This document shows positions 36,964 to 48,000 of a stretch of DNA of 55,541 nt, one piece after another. This DNA is from Schmidtea nova (taxonomy: Eukaryota). The stretch's first letter is position 1, and every line of letters starts with the position of its first letter. The position numbers and the translations under genes are program-made. The stretch covers positions 297,228,001 through 297,283,541 of the forward strand of contig CM097882.1 in the NCBI GenBank assembly GCA_044892505.1. Reading direction: 5' to 3'. The notes beneath the pieces are model-generated. The model was not told the origin of the DNA and searched no databases. It was given only the letters and a program-made list of their open reading frames with translations.

Positions 36964-38689
36964 CCGTAGACTTACAATGCCCACCAAACCTTAAGCCAGA
37001 AAGACAACGTTTCAGTGTAAACCTCTTCATACGAAAAGGACTTTTAAAGAATTCGACTGCGTTTCTGTATTTGCACTTTCAGTGAAAAGAAAAAAAACGA
37101 AATCATCGGAATTTCTTTTAAAGATATGATGAAACATTTAATTTAGAAAGTTTCATCGCGGTCATTTTCTTTCTTATTTGCCAGTTTTTTTTAATTGCAG
37201 AAAAATATATTCTGTGACCTTTTTCATCCTACTGTCCGTTTAGAACGGATTCCCGTTGTACGTCTTAGGGAATCGCATTTAATTGCTAACACGGATTTAC
37301 CACGGGGCTGAGTAGACTAGGGCGCAAATTTTCAGTTAGATCCAATTTTAAAAATACTAACAATTTTGAAAAATATTTAGAAATTCTAAAAAAATAAAAA
37401 ATAAAAATTGTAATTATTTATCTGATTGAATTTTTTTGCTTTGATGTGCCTTTCTTTTTTGTTTATTAAATGACGAATTTTTATAATAATACAATTATGA
37501 CAATAGAGTCGGAACAGGAAAAAAGAGTTTAATAAATACTTTTCAATTTTAACACATTTTGTTTTAAAGAAAGAAACATTTGACGCATGTGCAAATTTTT
37601 TTCCAAAATTTTCTCGGCATCTAAGAATCCAGGTTCCCATTTGATCGGTGAAGATTATATAGAGCTACGTTTAACATGTTCACTCAAGGCATTCTTTATG
37701 ACTTCTCAAGGCGTCACTAAATTATATGACTGAATAAAGTAAATTGACTTTTCCGCTCTAAAATAATGTTTTCAGCTAAGACTCTTTATTTATTATAGGG
37801 GTGGTGGTGTCAATGATTTCAATCATCTTTCTTGACCGCGAGTTAAAATGTCTTCATAATTTTATCAATAGCACAAACATATCTATGCTGCCACTATCAG
37901 CGATCTCTTTGATAATTCTCAATCTCTCACAAATTCCGTGCACTCAAATCTTGCTTCTCGTGCTAAGAATTGTTTTCAACCAACTCACTACCGAAGATAT
38001 ATTTCTTCTTAATTCAATTTTTTCTTACTCCTTATTTTGAATCCGATTCCGCAACTTCTATGTGTGAATAACCGTCACTCTTATGAAAACAGGCTGCGTC
38101 TTCCACTATATTACCATTCAATACTAAAACTCTTCCTAACTCTAAGCTGCTCGCATTGCATAGCACCAAAGTACACTGCAACCATAATTGTCAAATAACC
38201 AACTTTCTTTCACTAGATCATCCGATTCAACGCTGGTCATGACCTTACTTCACCTTGAATTGCACTCTTCTCCTATCATATTGTCTTATTTAACATCATT
38301 CACAGTTCTTTCGATGAAATTTCAGGCTATTCTGTATCACCCAGCAGCCGAATAATGCCCAATAAATTTTTTATAGAACGAGAACATCATACGACGAGTA
38401 ACTTTAGCTTCCATTGGACCAATCATGTTGCCCATGAACAACATCAAACGACCGATCTGATTGCACTCTACCTTTATATTGAGTACTTTTGAATCTTCTA
38501 TTAGTTCTGTTGACTATGTCACCAGAATACAATAAGCCAAATGACTCACTGCTTTACAAACATAAAATTTTCTTGTGTTAGCAGCAACGTCGACGATGTA
38601 GCGATCAATCATATTTTCGAATCTGGAATTAATATTTTAAACCTTCCTTAGCATTGATGACATAATCTTTGGAAAGAAATTAGACTAGA

Positions 38690-39065
38690 ACGTAGTCTGA
38701 TAAAACAAAACAGCTTGTTTTCAGATCAAACCTTTTGGAACTTCAAAGATTTCTGTTTACATGCAGCTGTAGATAAATATTCTCCAAATCCAACATCGAT
38801 GTACCCCATTTATTGATATTTTCAAACTTTCAACACTCACATCACTGTCACCAGTATGACTCTTCACGTAATTGCTGAGTTCCCTAAAATCAAGGATTGA
38901 CCAAACATTTTATTTGTTTTCCTGTACCACAGCCATGAGAGATAAATTACCATCTTCATCGGCAGGAATCAACCAGCCTTATATTAACCATCACTCTACT
39001 AATGCATCGTACTCTCTACGTACTTTAGGCTTTATTGCATATTCAGCTACAGTGTTCCATAGGAT
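38690..39065 (+). mobile_element. Highly degenerate non-LTR retrotransposon (CR1/jockey-like) remnant
   Basis: ..DQTFWNF.. and ..QPYINH...ASYSLRTLGFI..F resemble post-endonuclease and post-RT motifs of these clades. Weak by-eye match only. Confidence 0.35.
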
Positions 39066-41981
39066 AAGTGGCTTCTATTCCTATTTCACAGACTAAGTCT
39101 ATTTATTTACATNNNNNNNNNNNNNNNNNNNNNNNNNNNNNNNNNNNNNNNNNNNNNNNNNNNNNNNNNNNNNNNNNNNNNNNNNNNNNNNNNNNNNNNN
39201 NNNNNNNNNNNNNNNNNNNNNNNNNNNNNNNNNNNNNNNNNNNNNNNNNNNNNNNNNCTGACATTCTCACTTGGTTACTTATAATAACAAAACGTCTTTA
39301 TTATCAATTAACACCCCACCAAGACATCCAGTTGCGCTGAGCCCTAAAAAGATGTTTTGCAACATCTGCAACATGATACATTTTCATTATCCTTTCCATT
39401 CAGTTTAACCTTCATTGCAATCAACCTTGTAACTTTAGATTATTCCAATAATAATGGTAAAGCTTTGTGTGACGCTTCCAAGGTTAATTTCAACAATCTT
39501 CGCCAACACTCTCAGCTGGTTGGATGCCACCAATGGCAATTTGACGATAAAAGCTCTTTTGAGCCAACCATAATAATTTATACCTGTCAAGGTTTACAGT
39601 CGCTATAAACTAACAAGAAAAATATTTTCTGGCTTCTCAATCCATATTCTAGATCGAACGTTTTCATAAATCTTTTTTCTTTATCAAAACTTTATCTTTA
39701 TCAAATACTTTTATCTTTAATCAAAAGCATACTATTTTTATTTATTAAATATCTACCTTTTTCTATTGAATGATGAATTATTTATTAAATAGTTAGTTAA
39801 TTTAGTAAATTTAATAATATTTCAAAAGTAATTTTGTTTAAATAATGGTTTTAATTATCTTAGTTTATAATTTAATAATAATAATTTGATAAGTTATAAT
39901 TTAGAATGGCCATACTGTAAATAAATCATTCGTAGAATGAATAGATTATCTAATATATATGATTGCATTAGAACAGCGGTTCCAAACTAACTTTTCAGCG
40001 ATTTTTTACACTGAATTTTCCTCTGAATATTTTGTATAGGATTTTTTATAAACAGATTTCTCACTCTCACGATATCTTCAAACAAAAATGGACTCTATTA
40101 TTCAACAAAAATCTTTGATAGAGATTTTATACTAAATAAAAAGACGTGTAAATTTCTTAAACAAGTAAAGTAGATTAAAATCTTTAAATTTCAACTCACA
40201 ATTTCCGAAAGCAAAAAGGTTGGAATTTTCTTTAATATTTTCAAAATTATAAAATTTAACGCAATTCATATAAGTGAAATTTTCAATAAATTGTAAATCT
40301 TTATTAAGGAACTATAAAATTTCGGAAATATTCTTTTTATCCATATCTCCGATTTTTCCCATTTGAATGTTGTATAAACTCAGTTTCTAAAATTGATAGA
40401 TAAAATAAGTTTTCCATAATAAAATATTTCCTCTAAATCTATACGTTGGAGTTTCTAAATGATCTATAGAATATTGCAAAAAAAATGAATATTGCTGGGT
40501 TTTGGGGGGGGTGTTAAATAATTAATTAAACAAATAATCATAAATGAGTATACTAGGGATGCCTCACCCATAACCAAACATAAAAACGAATCGTCTCACT
40601 CGCGCGCTCCTAACTATTCCCTATCTAGTTAGGTTGGAACTGCACACGGTAGTTGAAAAATTATGGGCAGGTGAGCTCCATCGCTAAAACTACTCCCCAT
40701 TTATTTTCACGGGTTCCCGCTGCCGCTAAAAGGTCTTACGCGTTATTCTCTCAATGTCTACGCTCAACTTCCTTAAAAAATAAATAAAAATAAAACGTCA
40801 TTTCAATAGAGATATTAAATATTCATCTGAAGAATCTCGACCATCTTTTGAAAATCTTTTAAATTTTTAACTTTAAAAAATTTTGGGCTCTGCTGCTCAT
40901 AACCATCAATTATAGTTTTTCTTTACATTTTGTTCAATTGAAAAATTGTAACATTAACATAAGTTTGAGACATTTTAATCGCATTACTGTGGTGAGACGT
41001 TGGCCGATTTACCGAAATCTATATTAATATTATTAGTACATTATGTCTTGTAATTATCAAATAGAAATAAATGATTACGCAATTTATAATTAACTTAATG
41101 TCCAATTATAAAACAAATTCAATGATAATTGTTAGTTGTAATAGGATTGCATTCGATTTCTGGATTAATGTACGTTGTTAATAATAAGATAAGTCCAAAT
41201 ATAAATATAAATTTCATAAAATACTGTTTTCCAAACCAACTTTCTGAGAAGTTTAAATTTCAATACTGTGATTCATTATTTCAAAAATTATTTTCCAAAT
41301 TTTAAACATTTAAAATCATACAAAAATTCGTGTTTAAAGTTATTAAGCAATTCTTTTTAAATTAAATATGTAAAATTGTTGCGTTTTTGGTGGATGTATA
41401 AAATGTTTAATTTTCTTCGAATATAAATATTTTATAATTTTTTTATTCTTGCTTTAAATTGCTAATATAAAGATAAATATTTTATATTATATTTTATAAA
41501 AGACAATGCCACAAAATTCGTGTAAATTTACAAAATATCGATCGATAGTCTAAAACGGAAATGAATCGATATTTTGTGCGGTATTTTATATTTGTCTATT
41601 TGTCTCTTCAAATTATTTGCCTTTGTATTACAAGGATAAGGAAGTATTTGAATGACTCTTTTAACAAATAATGGAAGGCTTAATTGCTTTGTGTGGTTTT
41701 GCCAATCTTCAATGACAAGCATTGAACTTTCAGGTATATGTATTGTCATACAATTCTTTTATATATCATTTATCATATTANNNNNNNNNNNNNNNNNNNN
41801 NNNNNNNNNNNNNNNNNNNNNNNNNNNNNNNNNNNNNNNNNNNNNNNNNNNNNNNNNNNNNNNNNNNNNNNNNNNNNNNNNNNNNNNNNNNNNNNNNNNN
41901 NNNNNNNNNNNNNNNNNNNNNNNNNNNNNNNNNNNNNNNNNNNNNNNNNNNNNNNNNNNNNNNNNNNNNNNNNNNNNNNNN

Positions 41982-42235
41982 TCTTGCAAAGTTAGCAGTA
42001 TGTTCACTAATAAATTTCCAACGCCACTTGGTTTGTGTTCTAAGCTCGTGTATCAATTTTCATGTAATGGTTGTAATGCCTCATACATTGGAGAGACTGT
42101 CTGTCATCTCTCCACCCTAGTTCTTGAGCATTGCCGACTAAAAGGATTGACTAATATTAGTATTAATATTTTAGGAAATGTATCTGTAATAATAAAAGTA
42201 TCTCTGATTTTAAAATTATTTCAAAAGATTTAAGT
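41982..42235 (+). mobile_element. Penelope-like element GIY-YIG endonuclease remnant
   Basis: FPTPLGLCSKLVYQFSCNGCNASYIGETVCHLSTLVLEH fits the VVY.F.C..C...YIGET.R.L..R..EH pattern. Confidence 0.75.
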
Positions 42236-42809
42236 AATTATTGAAAACGAGTAACTTGTGAGGCATTGTTGATTAGATATATAAATCCAAAAATTAACAA
42301 TCAAGTTGCTAGTTCTACGGATATTTTGAATGTCTTTAAGAAACTGGATGTTTTATGTTGCGAATTGTATAATTATAATTGCTTTTGTGAATATTTTCAT
42401 TTTTTAAAAATATTTTTAAATTGTATGTTGAATTTTATATAAAAATATTTACGTAAAATTAAATTAAATTTTATTTTAAAAATTAAATTAAATTTTTATA
42501 TTGTTTTTGGATGATTATTATTGACTTATTTGTTTAGATATTGCATTTTTCCTATTTATTATAAATTATCCTGATTGCTGCCCGAATAAGATTGTTATAT
42601 AATCGAAATATATCACGTTTATGTTGAATTNNNNNNNNNNNNNNNNNNNNNNNNNNNNNNNNNNNNNNNNNNNNNNNNNNNNNNNNNNNNNNNNNNNNNN
42701 NNNNNNNNNNNNNNNNNNNNNNNNNNNNNNNNNNNNNNNNNNNNNNNNNNNNNNNNNNNNNNNNNNNNNNNNNNNNNNNNNNNNNNNNNNNNNNNNNNNN
42801 NNNNNNNNN

Positions 42810-43681
42810 GCCAAATAATAATTTTTATTCGTTTCCATAACTAAATAAACAACATTCCAATAGTCTTTCGAGAGGATTTCGGGAGAATCGTCAAATCGAA
42901 CTATGACATCGTTACTGCCAGACAATGCTTGGATTTTATCATTAGATTTCGTTTTGTCCATTTCGCCACGAACTGACATTGATTGTTTAACTACTTCATT
43001 GAATTTGTCCAGGCAACGACTTTTACAGATTACCATTATAGCTTGCAACGTAGAACTCCTGAATTCATTTGTGATTAACTTATCAATTTGTGGACTTTGC
43101 ATCGGTGTAGACATGACAACTGATTTCGAAAAATACATCTTTCCTTCCAATCCTACATACACATCGAATGCAAACTGGAAAAACATTCTCACAATATGCG
43201 AACCGATATTGTTTTCTAAATGATCCGGATAATGTATCCACATATATTCACAGAATTTTTGACTCTGAAATCTCACAATCTCATTTTTAGAAATGTCTTT
43301 GGATTTACAGGCTAAAAGAACTTTTTCCAATAATCTAGATGTATTTTTACTGATGATTACGCCACCCAAATATGCATTGATAGATCTAAATATAGAACCA
43401 ACTACTTCACTTGAAGGATATGAAGAAACAAATCTTTCGATGATGGAACATATTGTTGCATGAAAACATACTTTAATACCATTTTTATTCAATAAAGTGA
43501 CTGTTTTAATTACAATTTCATATCTTTCTTCTTCTTCTTCAGGTGCACTTTCAAATGATTCCCGACATGATTGATAATATTTCACAATATCCAATTTAAA
43601 ATTCCCAAACATCGCATTACCAATTGGACCATAATACATCCTAAGAATTTCATTGTCCATCTTTTCCATATTTAAATTCAA
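42810..43681 (-). CDS. Probable NOP9-like Pumilio-repeat nucleolar protein, 5' exon (runs toward an N gap)
   Basis: About 290 open codons. KYYQ..ESFESAPEEEEERYEIV, TSRLLEKVL and ENNIGSHIVR resemble the NOP9 N-terminal PUF repeats as I recall them; not searched. Confidence 0.5.
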
Positions 43682-43800
43682 ATTTTTAAACCTATCAAAA
43701 TCTAAAAAAACTCAAAATAGTTTGATAAAACAAACTCCAAAAATCTAAAAAATAAACATAAATAAAAATCAATTTCACCAAAATCTCACATTACAATCAA

Positions 43801-43918
43801 TGCGCACACAGACGCGAGACATTTAAGCGCACACGGACGCGGGACCAATTTATTACACAATTAATGCGCACACAGACGCGTATAATGACAATAAGTGATA
43901 ATGCGCACACATACGCGT
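43801..43918. promoter_or_regulatory. Four copies of GCGCACAC(A/G)(G/T)ACGCG upstream of the NOP9-like gene
   Basis: Copies near 43802, 43827, 43866 and 43903; a reverse-complement copy lies at ~12497-12513. Confidence 0.45.
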
Positions 43919-43935
43919 ACATCCATAAATCACCA

Positions 43936-43988
43936 ATTATTATTATTATTATTATTACTATTACTATTAATATTATTATTATTATTAC

Positions 43989-44020
<32 letters not shown>
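43936..44020. repeat. (ATT)n microsatellite
   Basis: Direct reading. Confidence 0.9.
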
Positions 44021-44022
<2 letters not shown>

Positions 44023-44162
44023 GTATGGAGTAGTGAGAACTCTAGTACAAGTCATTTAATTAATAATTATATAGTTTACCACTAAAAGCGTTTGGGTAGG
44101 GGGTATACAAAAGTTAAATAATGCTTTGTAATTATAGAATAATTCATTTTTTACATAAAATT

Positions 44163-44345
44163 TTATAATTGCCACATTTTTATTAACATGCTTTCCTTGT
44201 ATATATGTGTGGTACACAATTTGCAATCGATTTTTCTTCCCGATGAGCTTGAGTCTTGACATTTTGAACATAGCATATAACCGGATGACAATGCAATATT
44301 GAACAATTTGCCACAGGTTCGGACCAAAGGTTCGGAGCCCTCATA
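44163..44345 (-). pseudogene. Possible degenerate RING-like zinc-finger ORF (Maverick-adjacent)
   Basis: TCGKLFNIALSSGYMLCSKC..IDCKLC has RING-like C-terminal Cys spacing but some ligands are missing. Confidence 0.3.
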
Positions 44346-44994
44346 TAAAAGACGGTTGTAAAAGTGATGAAAATGACAAAATGTATAATAATAATAAAGA
44401 TTTTTCACTGACAGAAGATTAAAATGCAGAAAATAAATAAGGATAAAAATCTTTTTAAAATACCACGTTTTAAAATGAACTAAAAAAGAGAAAATAAAAT
44501 TTTCCTACCCCCATACAAAAAGTTCTGAGAGCTTATGATTGTAAAATTTTACAAACATGAAAACCTTTGTGAAATTTAAAATGAAAAACGTGGAGCACAC
44601 GCATTTAATTGTATAATATATTTCCAATAGCTACATAATGCTTAAAAAGTTTAAACTATGATGTTAAAAGATTTCACTCTTTAGTTGAAACCCCTTGTGA
44701 GTTTTAATGCTAAACTATTAAGAATTGAATTACGAACAAGAACACATTTAAATTTCACAACATGAAAAATCACTCCCCTCAGACAAAATTTCCGACGTAA
44801 AAGGAATCGACTCTCACAATTTCCAAAAATTAAAAGTGATTCAAAATTGTAATATTTTAATGATAACCTATTACGAATTGAAACACAAATAAAAAACATG
44901 AAAAATCACTCTCCCTCGACTAAAACACAATAATTTAAAATAAATTTTATTTAAATAAAATATTTGGTATCATTGGAAACTTCTTCTTTGGCAT

Positions 44995-45382
44995 TTATTT
45001 AGTGTTGTAAATATCTAAATAGAACACCTTCCACATTTTGGCAACTAAAATATTAACTGATTGATGTCGTTTGAAGTGATGACAGCAAAAGCATTCATTT
45101 AAGTAAGAAACTGGCATTGTATCATTGTATACAACACAGTTTTCGACACATTTAACGCTATACCCAAGCACCAAATCATAGAGCATTTCGAACAACTCCT
45201 CGATATTGATACCAGTGAAATGGTATATTTTGTGTACCAACAATTCGGTGACACAGTAATCATGACTACTTTTAATAGTCGGAAACAACTCTTTTATATT
45301 TTTAAGGATGACTTCGAATAAATAGACTAAAAAATAAATTTAAATAAAAATAAAATATCAACATACTCCTACGTTTAGACAT
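44995..45382 (-). CDS. Small two-exon Maverick-associated Cys-containing protein (paralog of 22519..22884)
   Basis: Exon 45382-45367, 40-nt GT..AG phase-1 intron, exon 45326-44995: MSKRRIYLFEVILKNIKELFPTIK..LLVHKIYHFTGINIEELF..ECFCCH..DIYNTK. Confidence 0.6.
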
Positions 45383-45499
45383 ATTTCATATTTTCATATT
45401 TTCATATTTTCATATTTTCATATTTTCACAATCAATGAATAACAATTAATACAAACAAAATTTATTTAATAATTTGATGTATTTATTTCACTAATAATA

Positions 45500-45900
45500 T
45501 TTTCCCCATAATTTTTATAATCCAAAGTTTTAATTCCAAGCACAACAACTTTGCCACTTGAAAATATATTTAAAGATACAGGATCAAATTTCTGTAGGTA
45601 ATGCCGGAAATATTTCTGGTCCGAATCATCAATGACATTCCTTTTGTAATTCTTATGAATTGATAAATTTCCCGATGTCGACCATCGCGGTAATTGATTG
45701 AATCTCTAAATTTTTTAACTTGAATTTCAAATCACCTAGTTTTAAACGTTAATTGAATCTCATTACCGGATTCTTGCTAGATTTGAAAAAGTTGATTGAG
45801 TACTTACTGCTTCTATTTACAACGTGTTTCGGTTTTCCGTTTGTAAATATCATGCCGGGAACTAAACATGTACTTTTATAATTGATGTTGCTTAAAATTT
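45500..45900 (-). pseudogene. TBP-fold gene, third diverged copy
   Basis: NINYK..GKPKHVV..INFFKSSK..EIQSITAMVDIG..FGPEIFPAL(shift)..SLNIFSSGKVVVLGIK, with in-frame stops. Confidence 0.78.
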
Positions 45901-45934
45901 TTTATATAAACAATAATTAATTAATTTAATGAAA

Positions 45935-46540
45935 ATGGAATAAAGAAATGATGCCATTTATCAAATAATAAGACCTAACAGGAGTAGGAAATCTTTATTT
46001 GTATACAAATTATTACAATCCAACAGGTTTAAATCGAAATTCAATAAACTTTACTAGCGCAATGGAGCCGATGAAGAACACAGATCGACACAAGATCAGT
46101 TTTATAAACAAAAATGACCATCATAAAAGGGTTTGATAAATATTGGTCATTTAGATTACGATAAGGTGATGTTATAATTATCGATGATTTGTATCAGGAA
46201 TCCACAAGAAAAGAATTTCAACATATAATTTACAAAAATTAGTAGACACTTCAGTATTATAGTTATTTTCATAACTCTAATTTTATTCCATCATGAAGGT
46301 AGTCATAGAACCCGGAATTCAAATGTACAATCTTAGTTATATTCAAAACCTTCGAGATGCAACAATAATTGATTTTCTTGCAAGACAGAGTTACCCTAAT
46401 GATATAAAATATTTACTTGATTCATTTCAAGACGCAATTTAAATTCTGCATGGATATTTGTTTATCGACTTTACTCAACAATGTCCTAATGATTTGATAT
46501 TTTCAATGAAAAAGGTATAACAGTTTATAAACAAAATTGA
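45935..46540 (+). pseudogene. Maverick packaging ATPase (FtsK/HerA, A32-like)
   Basis: Degenerate Walker A (IIRPNRSRKS), Walker B VIIIDDLYQE, FTKISRH..VIFIT..LFH, NLRD..IDFLARQ.YP, HGYLFID; stops and frameshifts. Confidence 0.88.
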
Positions 46541-46563
46541 AATCATAAAATAAATTAATTAGA

Positions 46564-46719
46564 ATGTCATTTAAAAAAGTAATTGTTCATCTCGTTATTG
46601 GTAAAACCGGTAAACAACAAAAAGTATTAAATAAGAAAAAGAAGATGTCATTAAAGAGGATTTCATTGAAAAGAATTAAAAAAATAAAGCAAACAAAGAA
46701 TAAATTGATTAAATTATAA
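46564..46719 (+). CDS. 51-aa highly basic ORF between ATPase and GGFL gene
   Basis: MSFKKVIVHLVIGKTGKQQKVLNKKKKMSLKRISLKRIKKIKQTKNKLIKL has 19 K/R and no D/E. It could be a chance ORF in A-rich DNA. Confidence 0.3.
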   Translation: MSFKKVIVHLVIGKTGKQQKVLNKKKKMSLKRISLKRIKKIKQTKNKLIKL

Positions 46720-46748
46720 ACAAACAAATTTCGAAAAAGTTTAAAATT

Positions 46749-47060
46749 ATGAAAATTGAACGCAGTTTACCATATTTTATTACCATGATAAAGGCTCCAA
46801 TTAATAAACGTATGACAATTTTACAGGCTTTTCCCCCATTTGTTATTGATTATCAATATAATTCGTGGTAATGTAAATATTAGTAAAGCCAAAAGATTAG
46901 CTCTACAAAAACATAAAAGATCTTTTTATCACTAGTCAACACTTTATATCTTAATCTTATGCGAACGATCATTTATAAACAAAATGGCGGTTTCCTATGT
47001 ACATTAATTCCAATAGTATTATCAGCTATAAGTGCAATTTCATCATTAAATGGGAACTAA
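46749..47060 (+). pseudogene. Small Maverick ORF with C-terminal Q-x-GGFL motif
   Basis: MKIERSLPYF..RGNVNIS.AK..LQKHK..KQNGGFLCTLIPIVLSAISA. This is the type of small protein commonly found beside the ATPase in Mavericks; frameshifted. Confidence 0.6.
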
Positions 47061-47118
47061 ATATTCAATACCGATAAACATAATTTAGTCTTGAATATAT
47101 TAACATCTTGTTGTAACA

Positions 47119-48000
47119 ATGAAGGAAATATTATCCAAAAAGAAGGTAATCAAAAATCAATTAAAAAAGATTTGGACAAACTCAAAAGATCCCGATGTGT
47201 TTGCTGGGGTAAACACAATTTCAAAAAGAGTAAATAATTCAAAGAAAGATACACAAAAATGGTTATTTGATCAATTGGCATATAGTTTAAATAAACCAAT
47301 GTTGAAAAGATTTCCTACACGAAGTTACAAAACAATTGGTGTTGATTATTTGTGGCAAATGGATTTAATGGAAATGATACCTTTTTCAAAAATAAATAAT
47401 TGATACAAGTATATTTTGACTTGTATTGATGTGTTTAGTCGCTATACATGTACAGTTCCACCAAAAGCTAAATCAGCAAATAAAATGACTGAAGCTATAA
47501 AAACATTATTTGCAGATGAAGAACTTTGAAATTTACAAACTGATTTGGATAGGAATTTAATTTAAATTTTATTTTAGGTAAACAATTTTATAATAGTAAA
47601 GTTAAAGAAATTATCAAGGGTATTAATAATTACTCGGTATTTTCCCAATTCAAGGAAGCTGTTGTTAAAAGATTCAATCGAACTCTAAGAGATAAATTGA
47701 AAAAATACTTTGTTTTTCAAGGAAATAAAATTTGGATAAATATTCTGCCTAATATTATTTATAGTTATAATTATTCTTCACATAAAATAATACAAGGAAA
47801 GCGACTCATTGATGTTTATTCTAGAAATAATGTGGATAGTTGGCTATCTGAACAAAGAAAATCAACAAAGAAGAAGCCGAAATACAGGGTCGGTGATCAT
47901 GTAAGGATCAGTAAAATCAATGGATCCCCCTTTATCAAGAATTTTGACAGTAATTAGAGAGATGAAGTTTATCAAATCTCGAAAATCAGAAAAAATGTAA
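47119..48000 (+). pseudogene. Maverick retroviral-type (rve) integrase
   Basis: KWL..Q.AYSL.KP..KRF..WQMDL..YKYILTCIDVFSRY..LQTD.G..F.N..VKRFNRTL..YF..WINIL..YNYS.H..KYRVGDHVRISK. It has stops, catalytic E changed to K and a 29-nt intron-like insertion at 47549-47577. Confidence 0.93.

Noticed and set aside
40550-40780. GC-richer patch starting TAGGGATG (hAT-like end or RNA gene)
   Set aside because: No matching inverted end, TSD, tRNA boxes or open frame was found.
41528-41749. ORF with LPY..K motif resembling the Penelope RT-endonuclease linker
   Set aside because: It is on the opposite strand to the GIY-YIG remnant and separated from it by a gap; similarity is too weak.
567-42818. Long ORFs spanning N runs (e.g. 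567..1103, 11130..11867, 19978..20238, 39068..39340, 41722..42120)
   Set aside because: Their length comes from untranslatable Ns at 733-1072, 11282-11792, 13171-13460, 20004-20233, 39113-39257, 41781-41981 and 42631-42809.
45935-47700. G-to-A changes in Walker A, integrase E-to-K and the intron donor as targeted hypermutation
   Set aside because: Similar changes occur on both strands and cannot be separated from general AT-biased decay without a consensus.
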